Translations under genes and position numbers: made by a program | Shown: positions 27,918 through 39,891 of the stretch, one piece after another | Position numbering within the stretch: the first letter of the stretch is position 1 | Layout: each line of letters opens with the position of its first letter | The notes under the pieces: generated by a model | The model's database searches: none | Told to the model about the DNA's origin: nothing | Seen by the model: only the letters and a program-made list of their open reading frames with translations | Origin: Podarcis gaigeae | Taxonomy: Eukaryota | Direction: 5' to 3' (one strand) | Length of the DNA: 64,000 nucleotides | Assembly: GCA_964106915.2 (NCBI GenBank) | Contig: OZ066916.1

Positions 27918-29690
27918 GTAAGAAGCTTATAGTTTGAGGTCCTAGTTGAACACGATCACGTGTAGCATTTACATTTAAGAATAAGACAACAGTTACCCAA
28001 AACCCATCAGAAACATTCCTGTGGTACTTTTTGGGGTGAGAAATGTTGGGAGTTATATGTTTGGTCAGTGTACAAATTTTGTTACCCCACACTCACTCAT
28101 GAATTCAATTTTGACTTTGACACAGAAAGCCATTCTAATGATCCAAAGGCAATGAGATACACAGCCAAATTAAGTTAGAATAATTTTGAGAGGAGGTGAT
28201 ATAAGGGAGTGTTCTCCTATTGGGTTTGAGAGACAAAACCATGCCAGAACTGCAGTGATACATTACAGCTTAATTCCTGAAAGCGTGATGAACATTGTTA
28301 GAAGTCATATTTGATAATCCCAAGTGAGTTTTGGTGGGTGTTTGAAAACTCGGAAATTAAATGGTGATAGCTGACAGTCACTTTAAATATGATTAGCAGC
28401 CTTCACATCTGTAAGTCTGAAAAGTGATTAAATGTACAACTGTTTGAGGGTTTTCATAAAATTCATCTGAGATGGTACACATTTACATGGGAATGCCAGT
28501 CAGATTCATGGCATCCATAGGGAAAACCTAGGAAGCTGCCTAATATCAGGACCCTCTAGTCAATCATGTCCACTCTAACTGCGAGTGGCTCTCTTAAGTC
28601 CTCAAGAAGAAAGGTTTTTCTGATCACCTGCTACCTGGAGATTCTCGGAACTGAAGCTGGAAGCTTCAGCATGCAAAGTATATGTTCTGTCATTAAGCAG
28701 CAGTCCTTTGCCTGTTATATATAGAATGAAAGCTATGCAAGAGAGACGCCTTAAAATAACAATAAAAACAGGCAGGACTACTATCCAGTCAAAGCACTTT
28801 TAAGTCTCATTTATTTCAATGGGAATTTAAGTATGTGTTTAAATCACCCAGTGAAATCACTTAAAAACATTTAAACATACTTAACTTTGGCTAATTTGTG
28901 TTCAGATATAATTATGGATTTTTCTTCTTCTTGGAGAAGGCAAATTTTAGTTAAATCGTCTGAAATAATAACTGGGCAAAATTAATGGGTGAATATTACT
29001 CTTTCTATCCCTGGTTTTCTGCAAACAACAAATTAAGAAGCTGTTCATCTAACTGTTATGCACCATCCAAATTATACTTTCTGAATACCCCCTTCCTTCT
29101 CATTGTGTGTATCATATACATATACATATAAAATAAACCAGCTAGTAAAACATGAACTATAAAACCACAAATATAGTAGCAAATTAACAAACAAGTTTGT
29201 GCAACAAACAAGGTTTATTATAATTCCCGGGTAGCTGGGTAGCTTGACCTAAAGTTTTAATACTTAACAAATTGTTGTTCCCTATTCTGAAATTCATCAA
29301 GCAGGTTGGTTTCATTGAACCTTCCCAATAGATGAGAATTTAACCTCTGTTGGGAGGGATTGTTGTTGGGCTCAACAGAGCTTTGTTTCTCTACTCCTTT
29401 TTGGTGAGTGTATATGGGTGCTTAAGGAGACAGTGCATAATGGAACAGGGCATTTGCAACCATCTATTATGGGCAATGGGAAGTGTATCGCTTTAAGATG
29501 CTGCACATTTTTTCAACTGCAGTGGCTATGAGAACACACACACACACACACAGACATACACTTCAATAAAGCATAGGGCAAATGTGAATTGTTTCAGTAA
29601 GAAGAGCTTCAGATGAACAGCATGGAAAATATTTCTCGCCGCTAGTAAATATTTCAAACATATACAATTTCCAAAGATTGCTACAAGTTT

Positions 29691-30000
29691 CCATATTTTT
29701 CACTCTATAAGACGCACCCAACCATAAGACGCACCTTGTTTTAGAGGAGGAGAACAAGAAAAATAATATTATCTCCCTGTCTGCTCAGCGCCTCTCCAGC
29801 AAAGCGGGAGGAGCAACGGAGCCCCTTCCAGGAGGCTTCAGGAGGCTATCCCTGAAGCCAGGAGAGCAAGAGGGATCGGTGCATTGTTCTCCTGGCTTCA
29901 GCGAAAGCTGCGCAGCCTGCATTCGCTCCATAAGACGCACACACACTTCCCCTTACTTTTTAGGAGGGGGAAAGTGCGTCTTATAGAGCGAAAAATACGG
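29691..30000. mobile_element. Tc2-like MITE
   Basis: ccatatttttcactctataagacgcac ... gtgcgtcttatagagcgaaaaatacgg|TA. Confidence 0.85.
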
Positions 30001-30612
30001 TACATGTACTGTAAATAGTAGATGATGTTCACCAATTAAGTCTATGGTCTTGATTCAATCAAGGCCACCAATTAGGATGCTTATAGGAATTGCGCATGTT
30101 ATTAGCATCAACACCTTGAGCACCTAATGGTGGAAAAGTGGAATATGACTGAATAAATAATTTAAGACTTGATGCAGACACAGTTATTATTGACATATAG
30201 CTACATAAAAGTTATAGTTGAAGAGTTTCACCTGGATGCAATCCTGTACAACTCACATTATACCAGTACCAGAAATACACTGTTGCTATAGCCATTGCCA
30301 GTGTGTACTCAGCCCAGGAAGAAAGGGGGAAATCACAACACCAGAGCACCCAAACAAGGGATAAAAAGACACATGTGCAGCATCTCACTGCCGCAGTCCA
30401 TCACTCCGGGACTGAGCTGGCCATGACCCCTAAACACCTCACAGATAGACACAGCCAATTCAGAGGCATTTCTGTTACTCACCTGGCTCCCAACATATAA
30501 GAAACTGCAGAGAACTGGTCTGCAGTCAAAGGCACAGACAAGGGAACCATGTGACACCATTCATTAAAGCAGCCACAAGCACACCTAAGAGGTTTTTGGT
30601 TCTTTAAAAAAA

Positions 30613-31004
30613 AAAGGTAAAGGACCCCTGGATGGTTAAATCCAGTCAAAGGCGACTATGGGGTTGCGGCACTCATCTGTCATCAGCTCATCAGCTTTCA
30701 GGCCGAGGGAGCTGGCGTTTGTCCACAGACAGCTTTCTGCATCATGTGGCCAGCATGACTAAACCGCTTTTGGTGTAATGGAACACCGTGACAGAAACCA
30801 GAGCACATGGAAACACCATTTACCTTCCTGCCACAGTGGTACCTATTTATCTACTTGCACTGGCATGCTTTTGAACTGCTAGGTTGGCAGGAGCTGGGAC
30901 AGAGCAACGGGAGCTCAACCCATTGCGGGGATTCGAACCGCCAACCTTCCGATCGGCAAACACAAGAGGCGCAGTGGATTAGACCATAGAGCCACCCGCG
31001 TCCC
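30613..31004 (-). mobile_element. Sauria SINE, full length, more diverged (subtype C)
   Basis: aaaggtaaaggacccc tail and gccacccgcgtccc head on the minus strand; TSD tttttggttct (30593-30603 / 31006-31016). Confidence 0.9.
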
Positions 31005-31700
31005 TTTTTTGGTTCTAAACCCCCTAAGGGTGCAATATTGTTCTCCCTCCACCCACCAAGGGTAGGAAGACAGCAATGCAGCCAACAAAAACAAGAAGTA
31101 GTAACAGCAATAGAACTCTGTAATGCAGTCTGCAAAGCAGGCATAATCCAACCCAGGATATTTTAATTTCAGTGATGTTTTCTGGAGGTTGAAAGCTTCT
31201 ATTTACTTTTACGGTATTTTAAAAGGCATTATTCACACTTCGTTTAATTCTGAAGCAAAACAAATATGTCAAGTAAGGAACAGAGTTTGCAGAACTGCTT
31301 CTCAAATCTGGGGGGCGGGAAGAACTACCCATAATATAGAAATGTTTGTGACTAGATAATTAATGTATGCAATGGCTCAGCAGGTTTGGAGCTAACCTAA
31401 AGAAGCGGGTCCACCAACACTTTTGTTGAAGTACAGCTATGATTTCTTTTTGAATTAAGAAGATTCAGTGGCGGAGATGGAAACACTGCAGTGATATGTG
31501 ACACAGAATGAATGACAAGCTACGGTTCTGCAGATTCTATGGGGAAAGCTATGGCAGTAAAAGTGGAATAGGAGGGCTTTGAATGCGTGGAAGTGGCCTC
31601 AGTCAGGATCTTGCATAGCCACTATCAAGCCTGCCTCTTTCTCCACCGCTCCTCCCCATACTTGCCCTCATTACAGCCCTCAGTCACTCTTTCTACAATA

Positions 31701-31940
31701 CAGTGGTACCTCAGGTTACATGCTTCAGGTTACATACGCTTCAGGTTACAGACTCCGCTAACCCAGAAATATTACCTTGGGTTAAGAACTTTGCTTCAGG
31801 ATGAGAACAGAAATCGTGCTCCGGCGGCGCGGCAGCAGCAGGAGGCCCCATTAGCTAAAGTGGTGCTTCAGGTTAAGAACAGTTTCAGGTTAAGAACGGA
31901 CCTCCAGAACAAATGAAGTAGTTAACCTGAGGTACCACTG
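31701..31940. mobile_element. Tigger/pogo-like MITE
   Basis: TA|cagtggtacctcaggtta ... taacctgaggtaccactg|TA; internal gcttcaggtta repeats. Confidence 0.88.
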
Positions 31941-34111
31941 TATTGCAACAGCAGCAGGCGGGGGTGGGGGGCATAGGATGCACATTGATCAGGGATCCTA
32001 GTTAAGAGTTGCTCAGCTACCCCCTTTTAATCTTGGACCGAAATAGGCATGAGCAGAGGCAGGACTCCAATACATGTCTGTCGCTTTGGTTTCCCGAAAC
32101 TGCAGTTCAATATGCACAAATGGTAGCAAGCAAAAAGAGCAAATGACGCTTTCGCAAGCAGATATAAGCTTGATGTATATCTCTTTGAGCCCATTTCTTC
32201 TCTTTCCTTGTATATTTTATGCTTATGCAGCAGTGAGGGAGTCAAAATATACTTCGTATCGTGATTCCTATGAAATAACTGAGGATGCTTGTCTATGCAT
32301 TTGGCTGCCTAATATCTCTCTGCAAACGTGGGTAAAAATCCATCAGAATATATCCAATATATGCATACAGCTATGCCAGTAGTCCTGGTGTCCATGCGGA
32401 AACTTTGTTGCTCATATGCGGTTCCAGAGTCTGCCTCAATCGCGGGGTGTATTCCAGAGAACATTGCAGCCACCTGCTGCAGTCTGCAGGATATGCTTGG
32501 CCATCTTTCTGATTATGACTATACCAAACTAGGTAAAGAAAGCAAAATATTGAAATGGAGTGCTGTCTTTCCTACAGAGTCATCTATAATATGGAGACAT
32601 ATCATTTGGGACATTTTTCCTCTTCTTTCAGATGAGACATTAGCCTGGCTGTGAGATTGTAGATGCAGTAATGTGCTGTTCCAATTAAGGGGGAGGCTCA
32701 GTCATAAAGCTGTGTTTTTGCAAGCAGAACACCCCACATTCAAACCATGTTATTGCCAGCTAAAAAGATGGTAATGACCTCTGCCTGAGACTCCAGAGAG
32801 CTGCTAGAGTTAGAGGAGTTAGAGGAGACACAACATTAAGTTAGATTTCTAGTAATGAATAATTTTGTGCTTCTTAACTATGTGTGGCTTTGTGGTTTTT
32901 AAAGTCCAAATATGCACACAGATCCCTTAACACATATTCGTTCCTGTTAGCAAAGGTGCTGGATTCCATCCAACTTTGGGGGTGCCTTGCACACGTTCAT
33001 GTGATGTCATGTGGCAGGAGGAGGCTGTGAGGCCTGTCACGACTGTGGGGAGGTCTTGCAAGGCCCGGTGGGCCCAACGCAGCCACAAGGAGACCCATCA
33101 CAGGCTGCAGAATATTGAGGGTGCCTGGCCTCCTCCTTGAAAATTTCAGGGGGGCCCTCAGCCCCTTGCCTGCCTGTTAGTGTTAGGTATGTTAATAATA
33201 TGGTTTTTTTCTCAAAAGTATGGATAAAAACCATACAAATGTTAGTTCCAGAAAGTGCAGGAGTGTCCACCCCAAAGACCCATGGAGTGGTATTCAACTA
33301 AGTTTTACTCAGAGGAGATAAACAGGAATTAAAGAACTAAACATTACCGTTCATTTCAGTGGGTCTGGTTTGAGTAGAACTTAGTTGAATACCACCCATT
33401 AGATTTAATAAACATATCTCATCACAAGTTATACCCATACCCTGGTGCTACTGTAAGAGAAGACACCAGTACGAAACCCTCCTGTGGGGAAAAGAACAGA
33501 ACACTTTAGAATTATTTTTTCTACGGCACTTGGGATAAAATGAAAACAACTCCTTTTCTTAAACATTTGCCATTAAGACATATTCTTGCTCTTCTGGCAC
33601 TGTCAGCTTTCTTAAGGATTTGAGAGAGCTGATGCTGAAGCATATTTAGCAACCTATTTTATGCACTTCATATTGGCATTGCTGAAACAGCTGCAAGGAT
33701 ATGTTTGTCAAGGCACTAACTTGTTGCCACCGGGGGTCTTGCTCATTTCCATGAAATGTGTTTTGTTTGTAACCTCATGGTAAGAATCAAATTGTTTCAA
33801 GTAGACAGGGGTCGCCTCCAGGCTGTTACTGTTTTGTGGGAGGGATTCAGTCACATACTGGAAATGTAGACTTGCAGATTTAAAGCAGATTCAAGTGCTG
33901 CCGTGGAATAAAAAATAAATTCAACTTCAAAGAAACTCAGACTTTTGTGGTTAGGAAAGTGACAGGCAAAAACACAAAAACCCCGCGTTACAACGATTGA
34001 TAGGAAGAAATATAACCTCTGTGTAAGCAAATCAGGAGCAAATGAGGATGAATGCTTAATACTTTAGAACCACCTTGCAAGCACATCAGAATGAATACTC
34101 ACTAAGCAGGT

Positions 34112-34326
34112 TTCGAAAAGTGCAAGTAGATAAATAGGTACCGCTCTGGTGGGAAGGTAAACAGCGTTTCCGTGCACTGCTCTGGTTCGCCAGAAGCGGC
34201 TTAGTCATGCTGGCCACATGACCCGGAAGCTGTACGCTGGCTACCTCGGCCAATAAAGTGAGATGAGCGCCGCAACCCCAGAGTCGGTCACGACTGGACC
34301 TAATGGTCAGGGGTCCCTTTACCTTT
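34112..34326 (+). mobile_element. Sauria SINE subtype B, 5'-truncated
   Basis: gtgcaagtagataaataggtaccgctc ... ggtcaggggtccctttacctttt. Confidence 0.9.
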
Positions 34327-34897
34327 TATTGAGAAGCCAAATTACTTTCTCATATAAATATATGAACAGCAAAATAGTTGCCCAATGAACCTGTTGCAGA
34401 AGTAGGGCTACACAACCATGCATGAGATACATACACAATAATGGATGTGGTGATTGAATGTTCAAAATATTGGGTTCGGCCCAGGTGTTCTGCTATTGTT
34501 GGTGGAGGGGGAAGGGGAGGTGAGAGATGCAGATACAAGAGTTGTTTACACTGCAGTCTTAATTTAGTATTAAACCAGTTTAATTGCCCTACTTCCCCAA
34601 GACACCCTGAAGTGATGATTTGATGATGGTATGTTTGGATGGTGGCCTTCTCTTTGAGAGGTCCCTCTCACTCCCTCACAGAGCATTGGATAAAAACCTC
34701 AGGAGGGATAGCCACATTAGTCTGTTGCATCAACTGGCTCCAAAGCATGTGCCAGGAATGGGGAACTTTTTTCATCTCAAACACCACATTCCCCCACAAA
34801 GAACTTTCCAGGGACTGCATACCAGTTGTGTGGGTGGAGACAAAGACACAAGTGGGCAGATCAATGCTACATTCCAGCCACACACAAGTCACAGGTT

Positions 34898-34935
<38 letters not shown>

Positions 34936-35050
34936 CACACACACCTCTTCTATCCAAGAAAGTAAGAGGCGTTATCATAATTCAAGGACACATTCGAACA
35001 TGTATGTTTGTCAAACACTCTATTCACTTTCCGCATTTTTTAAATTACAG

Positions 35051-35152
35051 CACCTTATGAAATATGCCCTGAAGATTATTTGATATCGATGGTCTGGAAA
35101 AGGACCCCAGCAGGGGACCTCGCATTCAATCGGTGTCCTCTTAATGCTACAG
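35051..35152 (+). CDS. ADGRB3: ADGRB3 hormone-binding-domain exon (102 nt, phase 1-1); absent from the ORF track
   Basis: aaattacAG|CA CCT TAT GAA ATA TGC CCT GAA GAT ... AAT GCT ACA G|GTact; (A)[33 protein letters not shown](G), matching BAI3. Confidence 0.96.
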
Positions 35153-35738
35153 GTACTTTTATTTTGTGTTTTTTTAAAAATCCAGCGTGCATGAGTATTA
35201 TTAAATAAAAGGGGTTATAACTACGTATATGAGAATTACGAAATAAGAGGGGGTTGTAGCCAAGTGCATTATAAACAGAGTAGATCTACTGCAATTAATG
35301 GATTTAATTATGTCCATTAATTTCAATAGGTCTGCTTTGAATAAGAGCAACATTGGATTCAACCCACGTTTTTGAAATAAAAACATAATGTTTCTGTGAC
35401 TGAGTTTTCATTGTTTTCCCCAAACCCTAACTAACCATCTAGATGAAATGTGTTAAGTTGCTATATTACACGCTTAGCAGCCATGTATGAAACAGTAATG
35501 ACAGTAATTGATACAGCATATAGTAGAGGCAGCTTGCTGGAAATTATGGCACCCTCTTTTCAAATTAAAGAATGCTTTAAAGGTCAAGCATTGCAGAAAA
35601 AACACGAATGGGTGCTAATTCTTCCTTGCATGAAATTGTATTTGTGTGTGCGTGCCTGAAAAGAATATGGAATTATTCTGACTGGGCTTCTTTGGCTCTG
35701 ACTGTTGTTTCTGTTCCATAAATGCCTTTCCTCTCTCT

Positions 35739-35902
35739 NNNNNNNNNNNNNNNNNNNNNNNNNNNNNNNNNNNNNNNNNNNNNNNNNNNNNNNNNNNNNN
35801 NNNNNNNNNNNNNNNNNNNNNNNNNNNNNNNNNNNNNNNNNNNNNNNNNNNNNNNNNNNNNNNNNNNNNNNNNNNNNNNNNNNNNNNNNNNNNNNNNNNN
35901 NN
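35739..35902 (+). CDS. ADGRB3: Inferred ADGRB3 exon (expected about 107 nt, TTSRRC...HLQHS) hidden in the N-run
   Basis: The preceding exon ends in phase 1 and the next visible one starts in phase 0, so a 3n+2 exon is required. I could not find it in the readable sequence, and a polypyrimidine tract (cctttcctctctct) abuts the 5' edge of the N-run. The exon sequence itself is not visible. Confidence 0.65.
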
Positions 35903-37054
35903 CCTTGCTAAAAACAAAAACATCGGCATTAATGGGATTAACTGTTTGCTCTCCTGTCAGATCTGCTGTTTTAAAGGACAGAAATGCTACTAAGGAGATG
36001 GGGGGAAAATATAAAAATCAAATAGACTTAATTTATTTTCCTCCCACCTTTCTTTCTCTCTCTCTCTCTTTTTTACCACCGTCAGAGTTCCTGTAACTGT
36101 TAGAACATTGCAGAGTTTCTGGGTTTTTTTCATTACTCCCTTTATAAAATGTTTATAGGGACTGGAAGGCAAAGAACATATTTAGGTTTATTGGGAAACG
36201 TGACAGTGAATAAATTAGATTTACTGGAGCTACAGTGCAACATTTTATAACTCATTCAGCACTTTAATGCCATGCTCATAAATCAGTGACACTGATGGAT
36301 CTTTCTTTGTTCAAATGTTGCTCTTCGGCTGGGCGCAACTACGATAGCACAAAATTACCATAGGAGATACACACACACACCCCTACCTAAAGCAGTAGCT
36401 AGCTTCACATGTTGAAGTACTGGGTGCTTTCCAAAAGTTAATTAAAAGCCTTATAAAAATAGCATGCAAATTAATTTTCCCTGATTTATAAATTACTATT
36501 TGGACTTGTTCCTTGCATAGGTGGCGTTAGTGCTTGTTGGTGCAATAAAATAAAATAAAATCCATTGCGAGTAAACATGCCCTTTAAATATCCCTGAAAT
36601 ATATTTTCTTGGCATATTTCTTTTTACCCTTCATATTTGTACTGTTTCATTAACAGAAAGGTGCCCATCCTGATATGTGTTGGTCCTTTTCCTCGCCTCC
36701 AAAGCATGCGCACAACCAGGGGCAGTGGCAGGGATTGGCATCATTGGGCAACTGCCAAAGCCCATTCACCAACAGGAGGGCAGCTGCCAACATCTGGAGC
36801 TCTCTGGCCCTGAAGCTGCTCTTCCTTGATGAGTGAGCAAATAAACAGCAATGGGGGGCGGGAGGTGAGGGAGAAAACAGCAGTCTTTCTTTGCTTCACC
36901 CTTGTCCTTTGAGCAGCCATGCAGACTGGGCTCAGAGGAAGGGGGCAAGCGAATCAGTAGTGGTCCAGAGGAAGGGGCTTGACTGAGAACAGCTTGCTCA
37001 AAACCCCCCCCCGAAACTTGGAACTGACACTGTACACTGTAGTGTTTTTACTTA

Positions 37055-37282
37055 CCGTATTTTTTGCTCTATAAGACTCACTTTTTCCCTCCTAAAAAGT
37101 AAGGGGGAATGTGTGTGCGTCTTACGGAGCGAATGCAGGCTGCACAGCTATCCCAGAAGCCAGAACAGCAAGAGGGATTGCTGCTTTCACTGCGTAGTGA
37201 TCCCTCTTGCTGTTCTGGCTTCTGAGATTCAGAATATTTTTTTTCTTGTTTTCATTCTCCAAAAACTAGGTGCGTCTTATAG
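37055..37282. mobile_element. Tc2-like MITE, one end truncated
   Basis: TA|ccgtattttttgctctataagactcac ... ggtgcgtcttatag. Confidence 0.8.
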
Positions 37283-39578
37283 AGCTGTTTCTTGTGAGAG
37301 CGTTAACAGATGACAGTTTTGCATTTCTCTTCATTCAGTTCCATTGGTACTGTTCCATTAGTACAGCAAGGGCTGTAATGGCATGCTACAGAATGACAGT
37401 GGAATTTGGACCATGATGTGGAAACTCCTACAGAAAAGATACATGGCTATGGAAACTGAAAGCTAGAGGGCCTAGTAGCTACAATATGCCACCATCCCAT
37501 GCTCTTCAGATGTTTATAGCCTCTTTAATATATTGCTTGTCACTACCTCATTCTCTGTCAAGAAATTATGTGTGCTTTGAGTTTCAGCCTTAATCAGATA
37601 CGCTGTTTCTTAGAAGGAAATGAGGAGCATACTCACCAGCCCTGTGTCAGTTCAGTGGCTGACTAACCTGCAGGAGATGAATGGAGAATTAAATCCCATT
37701 TTGAATTCTCTGGGTATTAGGCATTTATCTATTTCCATTTAGGAAGGATTACAGGAGGAGGAGGAGGGTTGTAATTATTAGTAGTAGTAATAATGATGAT
37801 ACATTTTACAGTGTTTGTTTTCATTTTCATCCTACTGGAGCTTTCAAATGCAAAACTGAGGGATTTGTCTTCCAAGGCAATAAACATAGACAGATATTAG
37901 GCCTTTTGGGATGCAGCGTTCCCAGCTTCCGGGAACAAGGCCAATTCCACGTGTTCCTCCTTCATTCCTCCCCTAACATGCCACCTTCAACATGGTGGTT
38001 CTGCTTTCTTTAAACCATGGTTTCCCACTATGCCCCAAATGGGAAACTGTGGTGTAATGGTGGATGTTAGATCTTGGTTTGATCCTGCTTTGAGATCCTG
38101 CTTAGTAAATTCATCATTAAATTATAATTCCCCATCCTGCAGTTAGATGTAATGGGGAACCATGGTTCAAAGAGGCCAGGTTCATAGCACCTAAGAATAA
38201 TTTGGGGGAAATGAGCAAGGCAATACGGGTGAGAGGAGCACATGGACCTAAGGATCATTCATGCCTTAATCAACTATGGCTTAGGATGCTAGGAATGTCG
38301 CATCCAAACTGGCCAATTTTGACCTAAAGGTGATACACAATTAGAAAGAAAATGGACATATCTGTGAACTCTAGATAGTCTGGAAGGGCATACAACACTT
38401 ATCTTCTTGGTTGAAACTATATCTCAGCCTGACATATTGGAAGCCATGAAGGTAACACACACTCTCTCTCTCTCTCTATATATATATAATTACTTCTGTG
38501 CTCCTTCAAGTTCATGCCATAATTTTGCTTTCACTCTTCCCTCACATTCTTGCAAATGCCGAGATGAAATGTAATTTGATCAAAAAAACTCTGAGGTGAA
38601 TAATGATTTGCTTCAGCTGCAGCTCATTAGAGCTGATTTCAATTTTTTCCAAATTATATTACAAGGGCCGCATATCATCCAGTCTCTCTCTTCCTCAGCG
38701 AAATGAGTGTTCTGAAACCGGGAATGAAAGGCTTCCTCTTTCACAATTTATTCCTTCCCCAGACAGTTTATTAAAAAGGAGTCAGCCTAAAGTTATTATT
38801 ATTATTATTTATTTTAAATGGATTTGAATTTGGAACGATGGTCATCCACTCTCTGCAAAGGCTCATTTATTTTTACCACTGGCTTTTGTTCCAAAACCAT
38901 CTCCTTTCCACTCCCTATATTGTGCTTAACCAAGGACCAACTTGTAAACTTGCAGTTGGCTAAATTCTCCTCTTAAGAAGCATCTGTAACCCTGTACTCC
39001 CCTGGGGAGCGCTGTTGTTTGAACCCATTTTTTGTTTGCAAACGGTTTCAGGGTCAGTCCCAGGTAGGGTTCCGAAAGACTACATAAAGACTACCTGGAG
39101 AGTCACTGCCAGTAGATTTCATTAATATTGAGCTAGATAAACCAGTGGTCTACCATGTTATACAGAAGCTTCCTGTGTTCTTATGTACTAAGACATTCCT
39201 CACCAACTGCTGCTTCTGATCTCTTCTGTGTTTTTATGAGTCACTCACAGATACGTGCAAAGAGTAAAGTCTCCGCTGTTCAATACAGTTTTACTCTCTA
39301 CTGGTGCAACACATAACTACTGGTGCAACACGTACCAGTACTACGTGTTTACTACTGCTGGTGCAACACATAACTACTACAATTGTTCCCTGACTGCACA
39401 TATATTTTTAGCAAAACCAGACTGCAATCAAAGGATGTACCCCAATTCTTTTATATGAGAAAAGGGAAGAAATAAAAGCCATTTAAATTTTCTTGAAAAG
39501 GGGACAATCACATGAGGTCTTCCTTGTATGCTCTAGAGTGCACCATAGTTTATCTAATTCCAGGAGAGTAACTGTCTT

Positions 39579-39891
39579 AGGCCTCATCTGCATTATACAT
39601 TTACTAGCAGTGTCATACTATTTTAAACAGATATGGCTTTTTCCAAAGACTCCTGGGAACTGTAGCTTGTTAAGGGTGCTGAGAGTTGTTAGGAGATTTC
39701 TCAAAGAGCTATAATTCTGAGCGGTTTAGCAGTCATCCCCCTTTCCCAGAGAATTGTGGCTCTGTGAGGGCAATAGAGGTCTCCTAACAACTTCCAGCAC
39801 CCTTGACTACAGTTCCCAGGATTCTTTTGGAGAAGCCGTAGCTGCTTAAAATGGTATGCTGCTACTCTCAACTTATAATGCAGATGATGCC
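39579..39891. repeat. Degenerate palindromic MITE-like element
   Basis: cctgggaactgtag...gggtgctgagagttgttaggaga (about 39652-39696) pairs with tctcctaacaacttccagcaccc...ctacagttcccagg (about 39780-39820); outer catctgcattata / tataatgcagatg. Confidence 0.7.

Noticed and set aside
19841-27937. ADGRB1/ADGRB2 or another TSR protein (semaphorin 5, thrombospondin, UNC5) as the gene identity
   Set aside because: Exon peptides ([52 protein letters not shown]) match BAI3 specifically and occur in the expected order.
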